Assembly: GCA_902625895.1 (NCBI GenBank) | Contig: CACODD010000002.1 | Coordinates: forward strand, 20,785 to 84,784 | From: an uncultured Alphaproteobacteria bacterium | Lineage (GTDB): Bacteria; Pseudomonadota; Alphaproteobacteria; Methylaequorales; Methylaequoraceae | Length of the DNA: 64,000 nucleotides | Reading direction: 5' to 3' | Shown here: positions 52,150-61,869 of the stretch, piece after piece | How the letters are laid out: every line of letters starts with the position of its first letter | Position numbering within the stretch: position 1 is the first letter of the stretch | Translations under genes and position numbers: made by a program | Notes under the pieces: generated by a model | The model's input: only the letters and a program-made list of their open reading frames with translations | Databases searched by the model: none | What the model was told of the DNA's origin: nothing

Positions 52150-55100
52150 AATATTAAATAAATATGCACTAGATAAATCTTCACTAGAATTCTTTTTAGC
52201 TGCTCAGTCCACTAAATACAACAAAATTGCGTATTTTTCCAGTATTGAATACGATTTCGATGAAATCAAAAATAAATTACTTAAAATCAACCCTAAATTG
52301 AATGTAATTGAATTTCCAAGTTTTGATTGTTTTTTTTTTTCAAATCTTTCACCTACTAATAAAAATAAGTCCGATCGAATAAATTGTCTTCATAATATAG
52401 TTTTCTCAGATTTCTCAGAAAATATAATTATAAGTTCTATTAAAGCCATAGCAACCAATACAATTAACATTGAAACCGTAAAGAAATCTCAATTAGTAAT
52501 AAGGAAAAGAAGCTCTTTAACATACGACCAAATTCTTAATTTTTTAGTTGAAGGTGGGTACGAGAGAGTTGATTTTGTACATAATAAAGGAGAATTTGCA
52601 ATAAGAGGAGAAATTATGGATATTTTCTCTCCAATTCATAAACAACCACTTAGAATTTTATTTGACTTTGAAAAAATAGACAAACTAAATTTGTTTTCTA
52701 CACAAGACCAACTTTCAATAAGTACTGTTAATGATTATTATTTATCCTTATCCTCTGAGTTTCAATTCAATTCAGAGAATATAGCATGTTTTAGAAGCTT
52801 GTTTAGACAACTTAAACTAAAGGATAAAGACGACTATTATAAATCACTTTCTCAGAAAATAGTTTTACCAGGTACAGAACAGTTTTTTCCAATCTTAAAT
52901 AATAATTTTAATTCTTTTTTAGAATATTTAGATGGTTATAAAATCCTTTTGGACTCTAATTTTGAAAAGGATTTCAAACAAGTAACATCGGATTTATTTG
53001 ACAATATTGATGAATATAAAGATTTAAAAAAAATCAATTGTAATTATTTTTATAATTTAAAAGAACTAAATTCTAAAATTGAAAATAGATTCCATACTCT
53101 TTCATTCAATCAGTTAAATTCAAAAGAAGAAGGAATAAATTATTTTTCATCAAGATATAATTTTCATAAAAATAAAATACTAAATCAAAAAAAGTTAATA
53201 ACTTTAATAAAAAAAAGAGAAATTATAATTTTCTGTTATTCATCAAATGTAAATAAAAAAAAAATTCTAAGTTTTTTAAATTCAAAAAACATAAACTATA
53301 TAGACAAGTTTAAACAAGATTTTTTTGATTTAACTAGAATAAACTTTAACTTCTTAGTCTATAAATTCACAATAAATAATAGTTTCGTTTTAAATTTTAA
53401 TAATACTCATTCACTATATTTTATTTCTGATGAAGAAATTTATGGCAAAACTTCGAAAAAATATATTTCTAAATCAATAAAAGAAGAAAATTTGATAGAT
53501 GATTATTCAAATCTTAAAATTGGAGATTATATAGTCCATAATGACCATGGTATTGGAAAATATAATGGACTTATATCCAGAACGTTTAATAACGTTGTTC
53601 AAGAGTTTTTAGAGTTGCTATATCATGGAAATGATAAATTGTTAATTCCAGTAGAGAATCTAGATCAGATTTCAAAATATGGTCAAAGTGAAATTAAGGT
53701 GAGCTTAGATAAGTTAGGTATACAGAGTTGGCAGCAAAGAAGGGCCATTGTAAAGAATCGAATAAAAGACATTGCAGAGAATTTATTAAAAACTGCAGCT
53801 AAGAGAAAATTAGAAAAAGGTGATGTTCTCATTCCTAAATCTTTTGAGTATGAAAAATTCTCATCAGAGTTTGAATTTACGGAAACATCAGATCAGTTAA
53901 AATCAATACAACAAATTGAGAATGATTTGGCCTCAGGTTCACCAATGGACCGCTTAATCTGCGGAGATGTGGGTTTTGGAAAAACAGAAATAGCAATGAG
54001 AGCTTCATTTGTTTCTGTTTCAGCTGGATTCCAAGTTGCATTGATATGCCCTAAATTACTTTTAGTAAATCAACACATAAAAAATTTTAAAAAAAGATTT
54101 AAAAATTTTGATTATGTAATAAAAAAAATTTCAAGAATTGAATCAGATACTGAAAAAAAAAATCTTAAAGAAGAAATTGGTAATGGAAATATTGATATTC
54201 TAATTGGAACTCATGCAATATTATCAAGCGAACTTGTCTTTAAAAAGTTAGGTTTAATAATCATTGATGAGGAGCAGAGTTTTGGTGTTGAACAAAAAGA
54301 AATACTAAAAAAATTTAAGCCAAATTGTCATATCCTGACTTTAACTGCGACACCAATTCCAAGAACATTACAATCGTCTATATTTCAATTAAAAAATATT
54401 TCATTAATAAAAACTCCACCTCTTAGTAGATTGAATATAAAAACCTATCTTATGTTGAAGGAAAAAAAACAATTAAAAAAAATTATTCAAAAAGAAATTA
54501 ATCGTGATGGACAGATTTTTTATGTGGCACCGAGAATTTCTGATTTAAATAATATCCAAAAAAATCTAAATAATCTCATTCCTAATGAGAAAATAGAAGT
54601 AATTCATGGTAGATTGTCCAATAAAAATATTGAAGAATCTTATAATAGATTCTTTTTAAAAAAGTCAAAAATATTGGTTTCAACAGCTATGATCGAATCT
54701 GGATTAGATATTTCTAATGTGAATACAATAATAATTGAAAAGCCACAATTATTTGGTCTTTCTCAGTTATATCAGTTAAGAGGACGAGTGGGCAGATCAA
54801 GTAGACAAGCATATGCATACTTGCTTCTTGATGATTTTAAAAATATAAGCGAAAATTCGATTCAAAAACTTAAAATAATCTCTAAAATTCAAAATCTTGG
54901 TGCAGGCTTATCTATTGCTTCTAGTGACCTTGAGCTTAGAGGAGGGGGGAATATTGTTGGGTCAGAACAGTCAGGTCATATTAAAGAAGTAGGTATTGAA
55001 CTATATTATAAAATGCTCAAAGAAACTATTGACGAACTTAAAAATATTAAGACAATTGATAGAGATTGGTCCCCAGTAATTAAACTTGGATTCGCAATTA

Positions 55101-55510
55101 GTATTCCAAAAAATTACATTAAAGATTTGGATATGAGATTGAGCTTTTATAGAAAAATATCGAATATAGTTAATATTGACGAATTAGAGAATATGCTATC
55201 CAACTTGAATGATAGGTTCGGAAACATTCCTAACTCTTTCAAGAATTTATTTCATATAATTGAGATTAAATTAAAAGCTAAAAAGATGAATATAAAAAAA
55301 ATTGAGAATACCAATAAAGGTTTTGTACTGGAATTTAAAGATGATAATATGATGAATGTTGAAAAACTTATAAAATTAGTTGAAAAAAATGCTGAAATTT
55401 TAAAATTGATGCCAGGTTCAAAGTTATTTTTTAAGAATGTTAAAATTAAAGATGAAGAGAAAGTAATGAGTTTAAAAAATCTTTTACAAATACTCTCTAA
55501 ACAAATATGA
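52142..55510 (+). CDS. mfd: Transcription-repair coupling factor
   Basis: CGDVGFGKTE and DEEQSFGV helicase motifs. TRG/C-terminal domain. 1122 aa. Confidence 0.9.
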   Translation: MNKILNKYALDKSSLEFFLAAQSTKYNKIAYFSSIEYDFDEIKNKLLKINPKLNVIEFPSFDCFFFSNLSPTNKNKSDRINCLHNIVFSDFSENIIISSIKAIATNTINIETVKKSQLVIRKRSSLTYDQILNFLVEGGYERVDFVHNKGEFAIRGEIMDIFSPIHKQPLRILFDFEKIDKLNLFSTQDQLSISTVNDYYLSLSSEFQFNSENIACFRSLFRQLKLKDKDDYYKSLSQKIVLPGTEQFFPILNNNFNSFLEYLDGYKILLDSNFEKDFKQVTSDLFDNIDEYKDLKKINCNYFYNLKELNSKIENRFHTLSFNQLNSKEEGINYFSSRYNFHKNKILNQKKLITLIKKREIIIFCYSSNVNKKKILSFLNSKNINYIDKFKQDFFDLTRINFNFLVYKFTINNSFVLNFNNTHSLYFISDEEIYGKTSKKYISKSIKEENLIDDYSNLKIGDYIVHNDHGIGKYNGLISRTFNNVVQEFLELLYHGNDKLLIPVENLDQISKYGQSEIKVSLDKLGIQSWQQRRAIVKNRIKDIAENLLKTAAKRKLEKGDVLIPKSFEYEKFSSEFEFTETSDQLKSIQQIENDLASGSPMDRLICGDVGFGKTEIAMRASFVSVSAGFQVALICPKLLLVNQHIKNFKKRFKNFDYVIKKISRIESDTEKKNLKEEIGNGNIDILIGTHAILSSELVFKKLGLIIIDEEQSFGVEQKEILKKFKPNCHILTLTATPIPRTLQSSIFQLKNISLIKTPPLSRLNIKTYLMLKEKKQLKKIIQKEINRDGQIFYVAPRISDLNNIQKNLNNLIPNEKIEVIHGRLSNKNIEESYNRFFLKKSKILVSTAMIESGLDISNVNTIIIEKPQLFGLSQLYQLRGRVGRSSRQAYAYLLLDDFKNISENSIQKLKIISKIQNLGAGLSIASSDLELRGGGNIVGSEQSGHIKEVGIELYYKMLKETIDELKNIKTIDRDWSPVIKLGFAISIPKNYIKDLDMRLSFYRKISNIVNIDELENMLSNLNDRFGNIPNSFKNLFHIIEIKLKAKKMNIKKIENTNKGFVLEFKDDNMMNVEKLIKLVEKNAEILKLMPGSKLFFKNVKIKDEEKVMSLKNLLQILSKQI

Positions 55511-56688
55511 ATACTTCTAAGAAACAGATTAATTTTAATTTGAACGATTTTCTTCCTTTTATTGACGGTTTGGATATTGCAATAAACTTTTCTTTAGTTA
55601 TTTTTTTTTCTTCTTTTCTTTTAGAGTCATTAGATACAAGAATAGGTGTTGTTATCTTATGTTTTGTTACTTCATTATCTTTTATTTCCAGAATATTTGA
55701 CTTAAAAATTTCAAAGTTATTAGAAAAATTAAAAATCAATAAAATAAATCTATTTTTAATTTTATGCTTTCTTTACTTTATACCTGTTATAATTCAAAAG
55801 GAATTTCCAATTTTATTATCAATTGGAATTTTCGGAATTTTTCGGGTTTTCACAGGTATTATAATTTCATTAAGTTATAGAAATGTTTTAATAAACGAAC
55901 AAAAATTTGGTACGGATGTTTTACAGTTGAAATATTGGATATTAATTTTTCTAGGTATTGCCTGCGGTTCACTATTTTATAATTTAATGAATGAAATTTA
56001 TTCAAATGATTTCATAAATAATGGTGGTTGGAAAATACTTTATGTAATAGTTATAACCTTACTTTTAGTAATATTTGTTTTTTCCAAATTTTATTTTAAA
56101 AAGAATCTAATTATAATTCTAGATTCCAATAATATAAAAAATAATTCTTTTGTTACTAACTATATAAACAGTTTTATTTTATTTATACCTATCTTATGTT
56201 TTTTACTTTTTTCTTTTTCTAATTGGCTGCCAAAATTCAGTAACCCCGATAATTTATACTTTTTAAGTTATGGATTTTTATATTTATTTCTAACTAACTT
56301 AATTTTGTTTTTTATAAAACCGCTTGCTAATATTGTAGGTAGAAGAAAATCTGTAATATTCTTCAATTTATCGGTTCTAATAATTTCCTCAATTTGCTCA
56401 TTTGTAGATCACTCATCAAGTTATAGTATCGATTTTCTTAAATTTTTTTTATCTTTGGTGTCAAGTTTCACAATTTGTTGCTTTATCCTTCAACAGCAAA
56501 TAAACAGAACAACAGAAAATTTATGTATTTCAAGTTTAAATCTTTCTTTTCTTACTACAGCTATATTTGTTTCGCCGTTTGTTTTTTTTGCAGTTAATTT
56601 TTCAATAAATTATTCTGCTATTTACATATTTTTATCAATAGTTTATTTTATAAATTATATAAGGTTCGTTATAAAAAAAGATGGATAA
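55507..56688 (+). CDS. Polytopic membrane protein, function unknown (possibly a transporter)
   Basis: About 10-12 hydrophobic segments. No recognisable signature. Confidence 0.35.
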   Translation: MNTSKKQINFNLNDFLPFIDGLDIAINFSLVIFFSSFLLESLDTRIGVVILCFVTSLSFISRIFDLKISKLLEKLKINKINLFLILCFLYFIPVIIQKEFPILLSIGIFGIFRVFTGIIISLSYRNVLINEQKFGTDVLQLKYWILIFLGIACGSLFYNLMNEIYSNDFINNGGWKILYVIVITLLLVIFVFSKFYFKKNLIIILDSNNIKNNSFVTNYINSFILFIPILCFLLFSFSNWLPKFSNPDNLYFLSYGFLYLFLTNLILFFIKPLANIVGRRKSVIFFNLSVLIISSICSFVDHSSSYSIDFLKFFLSLVSSFTICCFILQQQINRTTENLCISSLNLSFLTTAIFVSPFVFFAVNFSINYSAIYIFLSIVYFINYIRFVIKKDG

Positions 56689-57001
56689 AATTTCAGCCTC
56701 ACACATTTTGATAATGCATAAAGATTCTAAAGATTCTAGATCAAGTTTATCTAAAGAAGAAGCTATGAAACTTATCAAGAAAATACATAATGAACTGACT
56801 AGTGAGAAATCTTCTTTCAAAGATCTTGCTAGTAAACATTCTGAATGCTCCTCGTCTGCATATGGAGGAAGTTTAGGAGAATTTGGCAAAGGAATGATGG
56901 TTAAGCCCTTTGAGGAAAGTGCCTTTTCTCTAAAAGTTGGTGAAATTTGTGAACCGATTGAAACTGAGTTTGGTTTTCATATAATTAAAAGAGACGAATA
57001 A
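56681..57001 (+). CDS. ppiC: Parvulin-type peptidyl-prolyl isomerase (PpiC)
   Basis: SASHILI... followed by [21 protein letters not shown]...GFHIIKR. Confidence 0.75.
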   Translation: MDKISASHILIMHKDSKDSRSSLSKEEAMKLIKKIHNELTSEKSSFKDLASKHSECSSSAYGGSLGEFGKGMMVKPFEESAFSLKVGEICEPIETEFGFHIIKRDE

Positions 57002-57024
57002 ATACCGTGTGGTAATAAGAAGCT

Positions 57025-57252
57025 TTATTCTTTTAAATCTTCTGACCAAGCAGCTGCCAATAGCTGTCTGATTCTCACAATATTTTCATTATTTTGAGTT
57101 TTAATATTTATATCTTTTTTTTTTTTCTTTACGCTAGCGTTTAACCACAACATTTCAATTGATTCAATTAAATTTTTTTTTTCAATAGAGGATAGATTAT
57201 TGAAATTTTTAATAGACTCTTTCAAATTAATTATTTCGTTGTCATGCGCCAT
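57025..57252 (-). CDS. Small hypothetical protein (75 aa). An upstream 48-aa ORF lies in another frame.
   Basis: ORF. Contains a T14 homopolymer at 57113-57126. Overlaps by 11 nt a 48-aa ORF (57242-57388, MTNTEEKLIAIKNEME...) in the +1 frame. Confidence 0.25.
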   Translation of the reverse strand: MAHDNEIINLKESIKNFNNLSSIEKKNLIESIEMLWLNASVKKKKKDINIKTQNNENIVRIRQLLAAAWSEDLKE

Positions 57253-57431
57253 ATTCAGTTGCCATTTCGAATAAAAATCTTGTTTCTTTTTGATAAACTT
57301 CTTTATTAATAAATCCTTTTACATAAAGTTCTCTGACATTTTCCATTTCATTTTTTATTGCTATCAATTTTTCTTCTGTATTTGTCATATTTTGATAATA
57401 ATATAGTATTATATTTAGTAAACATTATAAT

Positions 57432-57686
57432 ATGAAAAATAGACTTTCAAAATCTATTCAAAGATTAAAAAAAGAGAAAAAACTTTCTGATAAAGAGAAA
57501 TCTGATTCAAAAGTTTTAACAGCGTATAATGTAAAAATATTTAGAAATTTGTCCGAGAAATATGACTTATCATTAACATTAAATAATGAAAAAACTAATA
57601 GAGAAAATGATAAGGAACAAAATTTAAGTTTGGGTGCACAGATGACTCTAGAAAGAATAAAAAAAGGTGAGAATTTTAAGTTATAA
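57432..57686 (+). CDS. Small hypothetical Lys/Glu-rich protein
   Basis: ORF only. Confidence 0.25.
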   Translation: MKNRLSKSIQRLKKEKKLSDKEKSDSKVLTAYNVKIFRNLSEKYDLSLTLNNEKTNRENDKEQNLSLGAQMTLERIKKGENFKL

Positions 57687-58149
57687 AATTCTCTTTTTAG
57701 TTATTTTTGGATTTACCGAGCTGCGATCAAACGAGTTCGCACTCATTCATTCAAAAAATTTTTCTAATTTGTTAGTAAAAATAGCCGTTGATGATAATAC
57801 AAAGCAAAAAGGTCTTATGAATATGAAACAGTTAAAAACTCATAATGGGATGCTTTTTATTTACGATGCACCGCAAATAGTCAAGTTCTGGATGTACAAT
57901 ACTTTTATTCCGTTAGATATAATATTTATTGACGATAGAAATATTATCAGTTCTATTAAAGAGGGTGTTCCAATGAAAAAAAATTTAATTTCATCTGAAA
58001 TTAAAATTTCCGCTGTATTAGAAATACCAAGAGGTTGTGCAAAAAAATTAAAAGTTAAGAAAGGTCAAATTGTTTCTTGGATAATAAAAAATTCGGCTGA
58101 AATTAAAAATATAAGATATTTTCATTGTTTAAATTCAAAAGCAAAATAG
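57667..58149 (+). CDS. DUF192-family secreted protein
   Basis: Signal-like N-terminus. MLFIYDAPQIVKFWMYNTFIPLDIIFID matches the DUF192/COG1430 core. Confidence 0.5.
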   Translation: MRILSYKILFLVIFGFTELRSNEFALIHSKNFSNLLVKIAVDDNTKQKGLMNMKQLKTHNGMLFIYDAPQIVKFWMYNTFIPLDIIFIDDRNIISSIKEGVPMKKNLISSEIKISAVLEIPRGCAKKLKVKKGQIVSWIIKNSAEIKNIRYFHCLNSKAK

Positions 58150-58169
58150 AATAAAACGGGGAAATTGTT

Positions 58170-58787
58170 TTGGGAAAATTTATTGAAAAATATAAATTAG
58201 AAAATCCTAGCTTTAGCTTTGAATTAAATGAACTAATTCAAAAAATTAAGTCTGAGAATAATCAAGAAACAGAAGATTTGTTTTCTACAATTAACTCGCT
58301 AAGAGAAAAATTAGACCAATCCATTTTTGAAAAAAATAATGCAGTGCAAAAAGCTATTTCATTAAAGAATGATGAAATAAACCAATTAAAATCTTCTGTG
58401 CAAGAACTTAGAAATCAAATGGAGAAGCTAAGGTTTGAAAAAAGAGAAGCAATTCAAATTCAAATTCAGTCTTCAGCTAATGAAATAAAACAACTTAAGT
58501 TATCTTGCTCTGCATTAAGAGAAGAGCTTGAAAATTTAAAGTTCGAAAAACAAGAGGCAGTTCAAAATGCGATAAAGAAATCTTCACTTGAAATTAACGA
58601 ATTAAAAGATGCAACATCTGCGTTAAGAGACGAATTAGTTGAATCAAAGTTTTCAAAAAAACAAGCAATTCAAAAAGCGGTTTTAAATTCCAGTGATGAA
58701 ATTAAACAACTTAAAAATTCAACACAATCACTAAGAGACGAATTAGAAAAAGTAATAAAAAATTATGAAAAAAAAATCCAAAAATAA
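58170..58787 (+). CDS. Coiled-coil protein with four tandem ~36-aa repeats
   Basis: Repeats of AxQxAI...EIxQLK.S.Q.LR.ELE.LKFEK.E. Heptad hydrophobic periodicity. Confidence 0.5.
   Translation: MGKFIEKYKLENPSFSFELNELIQKIKSENNQETEDLFSTINSLREKLDQSIFEKNNAVQKAISLKNDEINQLKSSVQELRNQMEKLRFEKREAIQIQIQSSANEIKQLKLSCSALREELENLKFEKQEAVQNAIKKSSLEINELKDATSALRDELVESKFSKKQAIQKAVLNSSDEIKQLKNSTQSLRDELEKVIKNYEKKIQK
58341..58780. repeat. Intragenic tandem repeat array, 4 x ~108 nt, encoding the coiled-coil repeats
   Basis: Protein-level repeats with recurring EIKQLK / LRDELE / KFEK blocks are visible in the translation of 58170-58787. Confidence 0.5.
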
Positions 58788-58798
58788 TAAGTTAAAAT

Positions 58799-61105
58799 AT
58801 GAAAAATGATAATGAAAAAATAGTTCAAACCCTGGAGAAGCTACGAAGAACTGAACTTTTACTTCAGATTTCAAGAAAAATTGCTGGACTTAAATCTTTA
58901 GAGGAGATTTTATGGACACTAATAGAATTCGTCACTAATGAGTTAGATGCAGATAGAGGAACATTATTTTTAAATGACAACGAAACAAATGAACTTTATT
59001 CAAGAGTTGCCCAAGGAGACTTGACTCGCGAAATAAGAATTTTAAACAACGTGGGAATAGCAGGTGCAATTTTTCAAAACAAGTCAGGGGAAGTCATTCA
59101 TGACGTTTATGCCGATTCCCGTTTTAACAAAGAAGTTGATCAAGAAACAGGTTATAAGACAAAAAATATGATTTGTTGTCCAGTTAAAACTGTTGACGGA
59201 TCGACAATAGGCGTTATTCAAGTTTTAAATAAAAGAAAGGGAAGATTTACAAAAGATAATCTTTTCTTTGCAGAATCAATTGCTACCCAAGCCGCTGTAT
59301 CAATTCAAAATGCTCAAAATACAGAACATTTTGAAAAAAAAAGAGCCAAAGAAATGGAGTTTATTAGTATTGTTTCTGATGTTACAGCTGAAATCGATTT
59401 AGGAGCTTTACTTCAAAGAGTGATGGAGGAGGCAACACGAATGCTAAATGCTGACAGGGCCACATTATTTTTAAATGATGAAAAAACCAATGAATTATTT
59501 TCAAGGGTTGCTATGGGGGAAGGCATTGGTGAGATAAGACTTCCTAATACTGCAGGAATTGCAGGATCTGTTTTTACTTCTGGTAAATCAATGAATATTC
59601 CTTATGCCTACGCTGATTTAAGATTTAATCCTTCATTTGATAAACAGACAGGGTATTTTACTCGTTCGATTTTATGTGTACCAGTTGTTAATAAAGAAGG
59701 TAAGGTAATTGGTTGTACACAAGTTTTAAATAAGAGTGGTGGCAAATTTACAGATGAAGATGAATCTAGATTAAAGGCATTTACTCAACAAGTTGCAATT
59801 GCTCTTGAAAATGCCAAGCTTTTTGAAGATGTTTCAAAATCTAGAAAGTATAATGAAAGCATGCTTTCTAGTATGTCTAACGGAGTTATAACAATTAACA
59901 GTGAAGAAGAAATTGTTACTTGTAACAAATCTGGTTTAAAAATACTGCGAACTAAAGATTCAGATATAATAAAAAAACAATCCAAAGTTTTTTTTTCCGG
60001 AAATAAAAAATGGATATATGAGAAAATTAAGAGTGTTGGTGAATCAAAAGAACCAGAAATTATTGTTGATGCAGAAATAGAGGTTTACGACAATGAAACA
60101 GAAAAAGAAGAAAAAATATCAGTAAATTTGACAATACTCCCACTGATAAATGAAGATAGTGATGGTAGAACAGATCAATCAGACAATTTTCTGGGTACTT
60201 TATTGATGTTTGAGGATATTTCTTCAGAAAAAAGAATGAAATCAACAATGTCTAGATACATGGATCCTGGAATAGCAGATCAATTATTAGAGGATGGATC
60301 AGACATCATGGGAGGCTTAGAAACAACGGCAACTTTGTTGTTTTCTGATTTAAGAAGTTTTACAACCATTACAGAGTCGTTGGGTGCCCAGGGCACTGTA
60401 AAATTATTGAATGAATATTTTGAAATAATGGTTGAATGCATATCAGAGCAGGGAGGTATGTTAGATAAATTTATTGGAGATGCAATAATGGCTGCATTTG
60501 GTCTTCCTATATCACATGAGGATGATGAAGATAGGGGTGTTAAAGCTGGTATCAATATGATCAAAAGATTATGGGAGTGGAACAAGCAAAGGGAAAAAGA
60601 CGGAAAGCCACCTGTGGATATGGGATTAGGATTAAATACTGACAAAATTGTGGCAGGAAATATTGGATCACAAAAAAGAATGGATTATACGATGATAGGT
60701 GACGGTGTGAATTTAGCAGCGCGTTTAGAAAGTGCATGCAAACAATATAGTGCAAGGATATTAATTAGTGACTATACTTTCAAAAAACTAAAAGGTACTT
60801 ATCGCATTAGGTATATAGATGATGTAGTTGTTAAAGGAAAAAAAGAACCTATAGGTGTTCATGAGGTTTTAGATTATCACAATGATAAAACTTTTCCGAA
60901 TTTAATGGATGTTGTCAATCATTTTAATGAAGGAAGAAAACATTATAAAAGTGGAAGTTTTGAGCAAGCTATTTCATCTTTTAACGAATGTCTAAAATCA
61001 AATTCTCAAGATAACTTATCAAAAACATACATTGAGAGGTGTAATTTATTAATAGAGGAAAAACCAACTGACTGGAATGGTGTTTGGGTGATGAAAAGCA
61101 AATGA
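58799..61105 (+). CDS. Signalling protein: tandem GAF domains, a PAS-like linker, a class III nucleotidyl (adenylate-type) cyclase domain and a TPR-like C-terminus
   Basis: Two GAF-like blocks (…DRGTLFLNDNETNELYSRVA…, …DRATLFLNDEKTNELFSRVA…). Cyclase motifs ATLLFSDLRSFTTITE, KFIGDAIMAAFG and GDGVNLAARLES. Lys in KFIG and Asp in MDYTMIGD occupy the purine-specifying positions (adenylate-like). Confidence 0.8.
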   Translation: MKNDNEKIVQTLEKLRRTELLLQISRKIAGLKSLEEILWTLIEFVTNELDADRGTLFLNDNETNELYSRVAQGDLTREIRILNNVGIAGAIFQNKSGEVIHDVYADSRFNKEVDQETGYKTKNMICCPVKTVDGSTIGVIQVLNKRKGRFTKDNLFFAESIATQAAVSIQNAQNTEHFEKKRAKEMEFISIVSDVTAEIDLGALLQRVMEEATRMLNADRATLFLNDEKTNELFSRVAMGEGIGEIRLPNTAGIAGSVFTSGKSMNIPYAYADLRFNPSFDKQTGYFTRSILCVPVVNKEGKVIGCTQVLNKSGGKFTDEDESRLKAFTQQVAIALENAKLFEDVSKSRKYNESMLSSMSNGVITINSEEEIVTCNKSGLKILRTKDSDIIKKQSKVFFSGNKKWIYEKIKSVGESKEPEIIVDAEIEVYDNETEKEEKISVNLTILPLINEDSDGRTDQSDNFLGTLLMFEDISSEKRMKSTMSRYMDPGIADQLLEDGSDIMGGLETTATLLFSDLRSFTTITESLGAQGTVKLLNEYFEIMVECISEQGGMLDKFIGDAIMAAFGLPISHEDDEDRGVKAGINMIKRLWEWNKQREKDGKPPVDMGLGLNTDKIVAGNIGSQKRMDYTMIGDGVNLAARLESACKQYSARILISDYTFKKLKGTYRIRYIDDVVVKGKKEPIGVHEVLDYHNDKTFPNLMDVVNHFNEGRKHYKSGSFEQAISSFNECLKSNSQDNLSKTYIERCNLLIEEKPTDWNGVWVMKSK

Positions 61106-61824
61106 GGAATTTTCCACTGGGCAAAGGTTTACCGAGTTTAGATTATATAGTTAAGAATTGGCCAAAAACAAAATGTATTTTAAAAAAATATATTTTATCA
61201 AATCATAAACAACCAGATTTATACTCGATAGCTTTAATTTGTTTAAAAGAGTTAAAAGTTTTTAAGTTAAAAGACTATAAATCAATTATTAGAAAATTAT
61301 CAAAATTATGTTTAAGGAATACATGTTTCAATACATACCATGATTCACATCACTTTAAGTCAGTTTTGGTAATTTCATGCATATTAGGAAAACAAATAAA
61401 TTTAAAATACAAAGATAGGCTTTTATTGGTTATAATAGCTCTTACTCACGATATGAATCATCAGGGTAGAAGAATACTTATGAGCAAGCCCTACTATCAG
61501 GAATTAAAGAGTTATGCCGGATTAGAAAAAATTTTATTCAAAAAAATCTTTGTTTTTAAAGAATTAAAGAGGATTAAGAGAATATTTGAGAGCACCTTTT
61601 TCCCTATTAAACCAGAAAATGTAGAAGACGATCTTGAAAAAATAATTTTAGATGCTGATATATTATCATCCCTAATGTTTGGTCCTCAAGTTGGAGTGAA
61701 ACTCGCTAGCAGATTGAAACAAGAGATTAGGTATAATGATGATTCAGAACTACTTTTTTCAAATTTTCTTAAACTTTTAGGGGGAAAATGTTTATACCTA
61801 GATTATTCAAAAAAATCATGTTAA
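61102..61824 (+). CDS. HD-domain 3',5'-cyclic-nucleotide phosphodiesterase-like protein (class I/eukaryotic-type PDE motif)
   Basis: YHDSHHFKSV matches PDE4 YHNSLHAADV. THDMNHQGRR matches HDVDHPGVSN. The ATG at 61102 overlaps the cyclase TGA stop (ATGA). An upstream TTG at 61084 is the alternative start. Confidence 0.5.
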   Translation: MRNFPLGKGLPSLDYIVKNWPKTKCILKKYILSNHKQPDLYSIALICLKELKVFKLKDYKSIIRKLSKLCLRNTCFNTYHDSHHFKSVLVISCILGKQINLKYKDRLLLVIIALTHDMNHQGRRILMSKPYYQELKSYAGLEKILFKKIFVFKELKRIKRIFESTFFPIKPENVEDDLEKIILDADILSSLMFGPQVGVKLASRLKQEIRYNDDSELLFSNFLKLLGGKCLYLDYSKKSC

Positions 61825-61869
61825 TAATAAACTATTATGAAATATTGTCGTTAAAAGTTATTCACAGTT

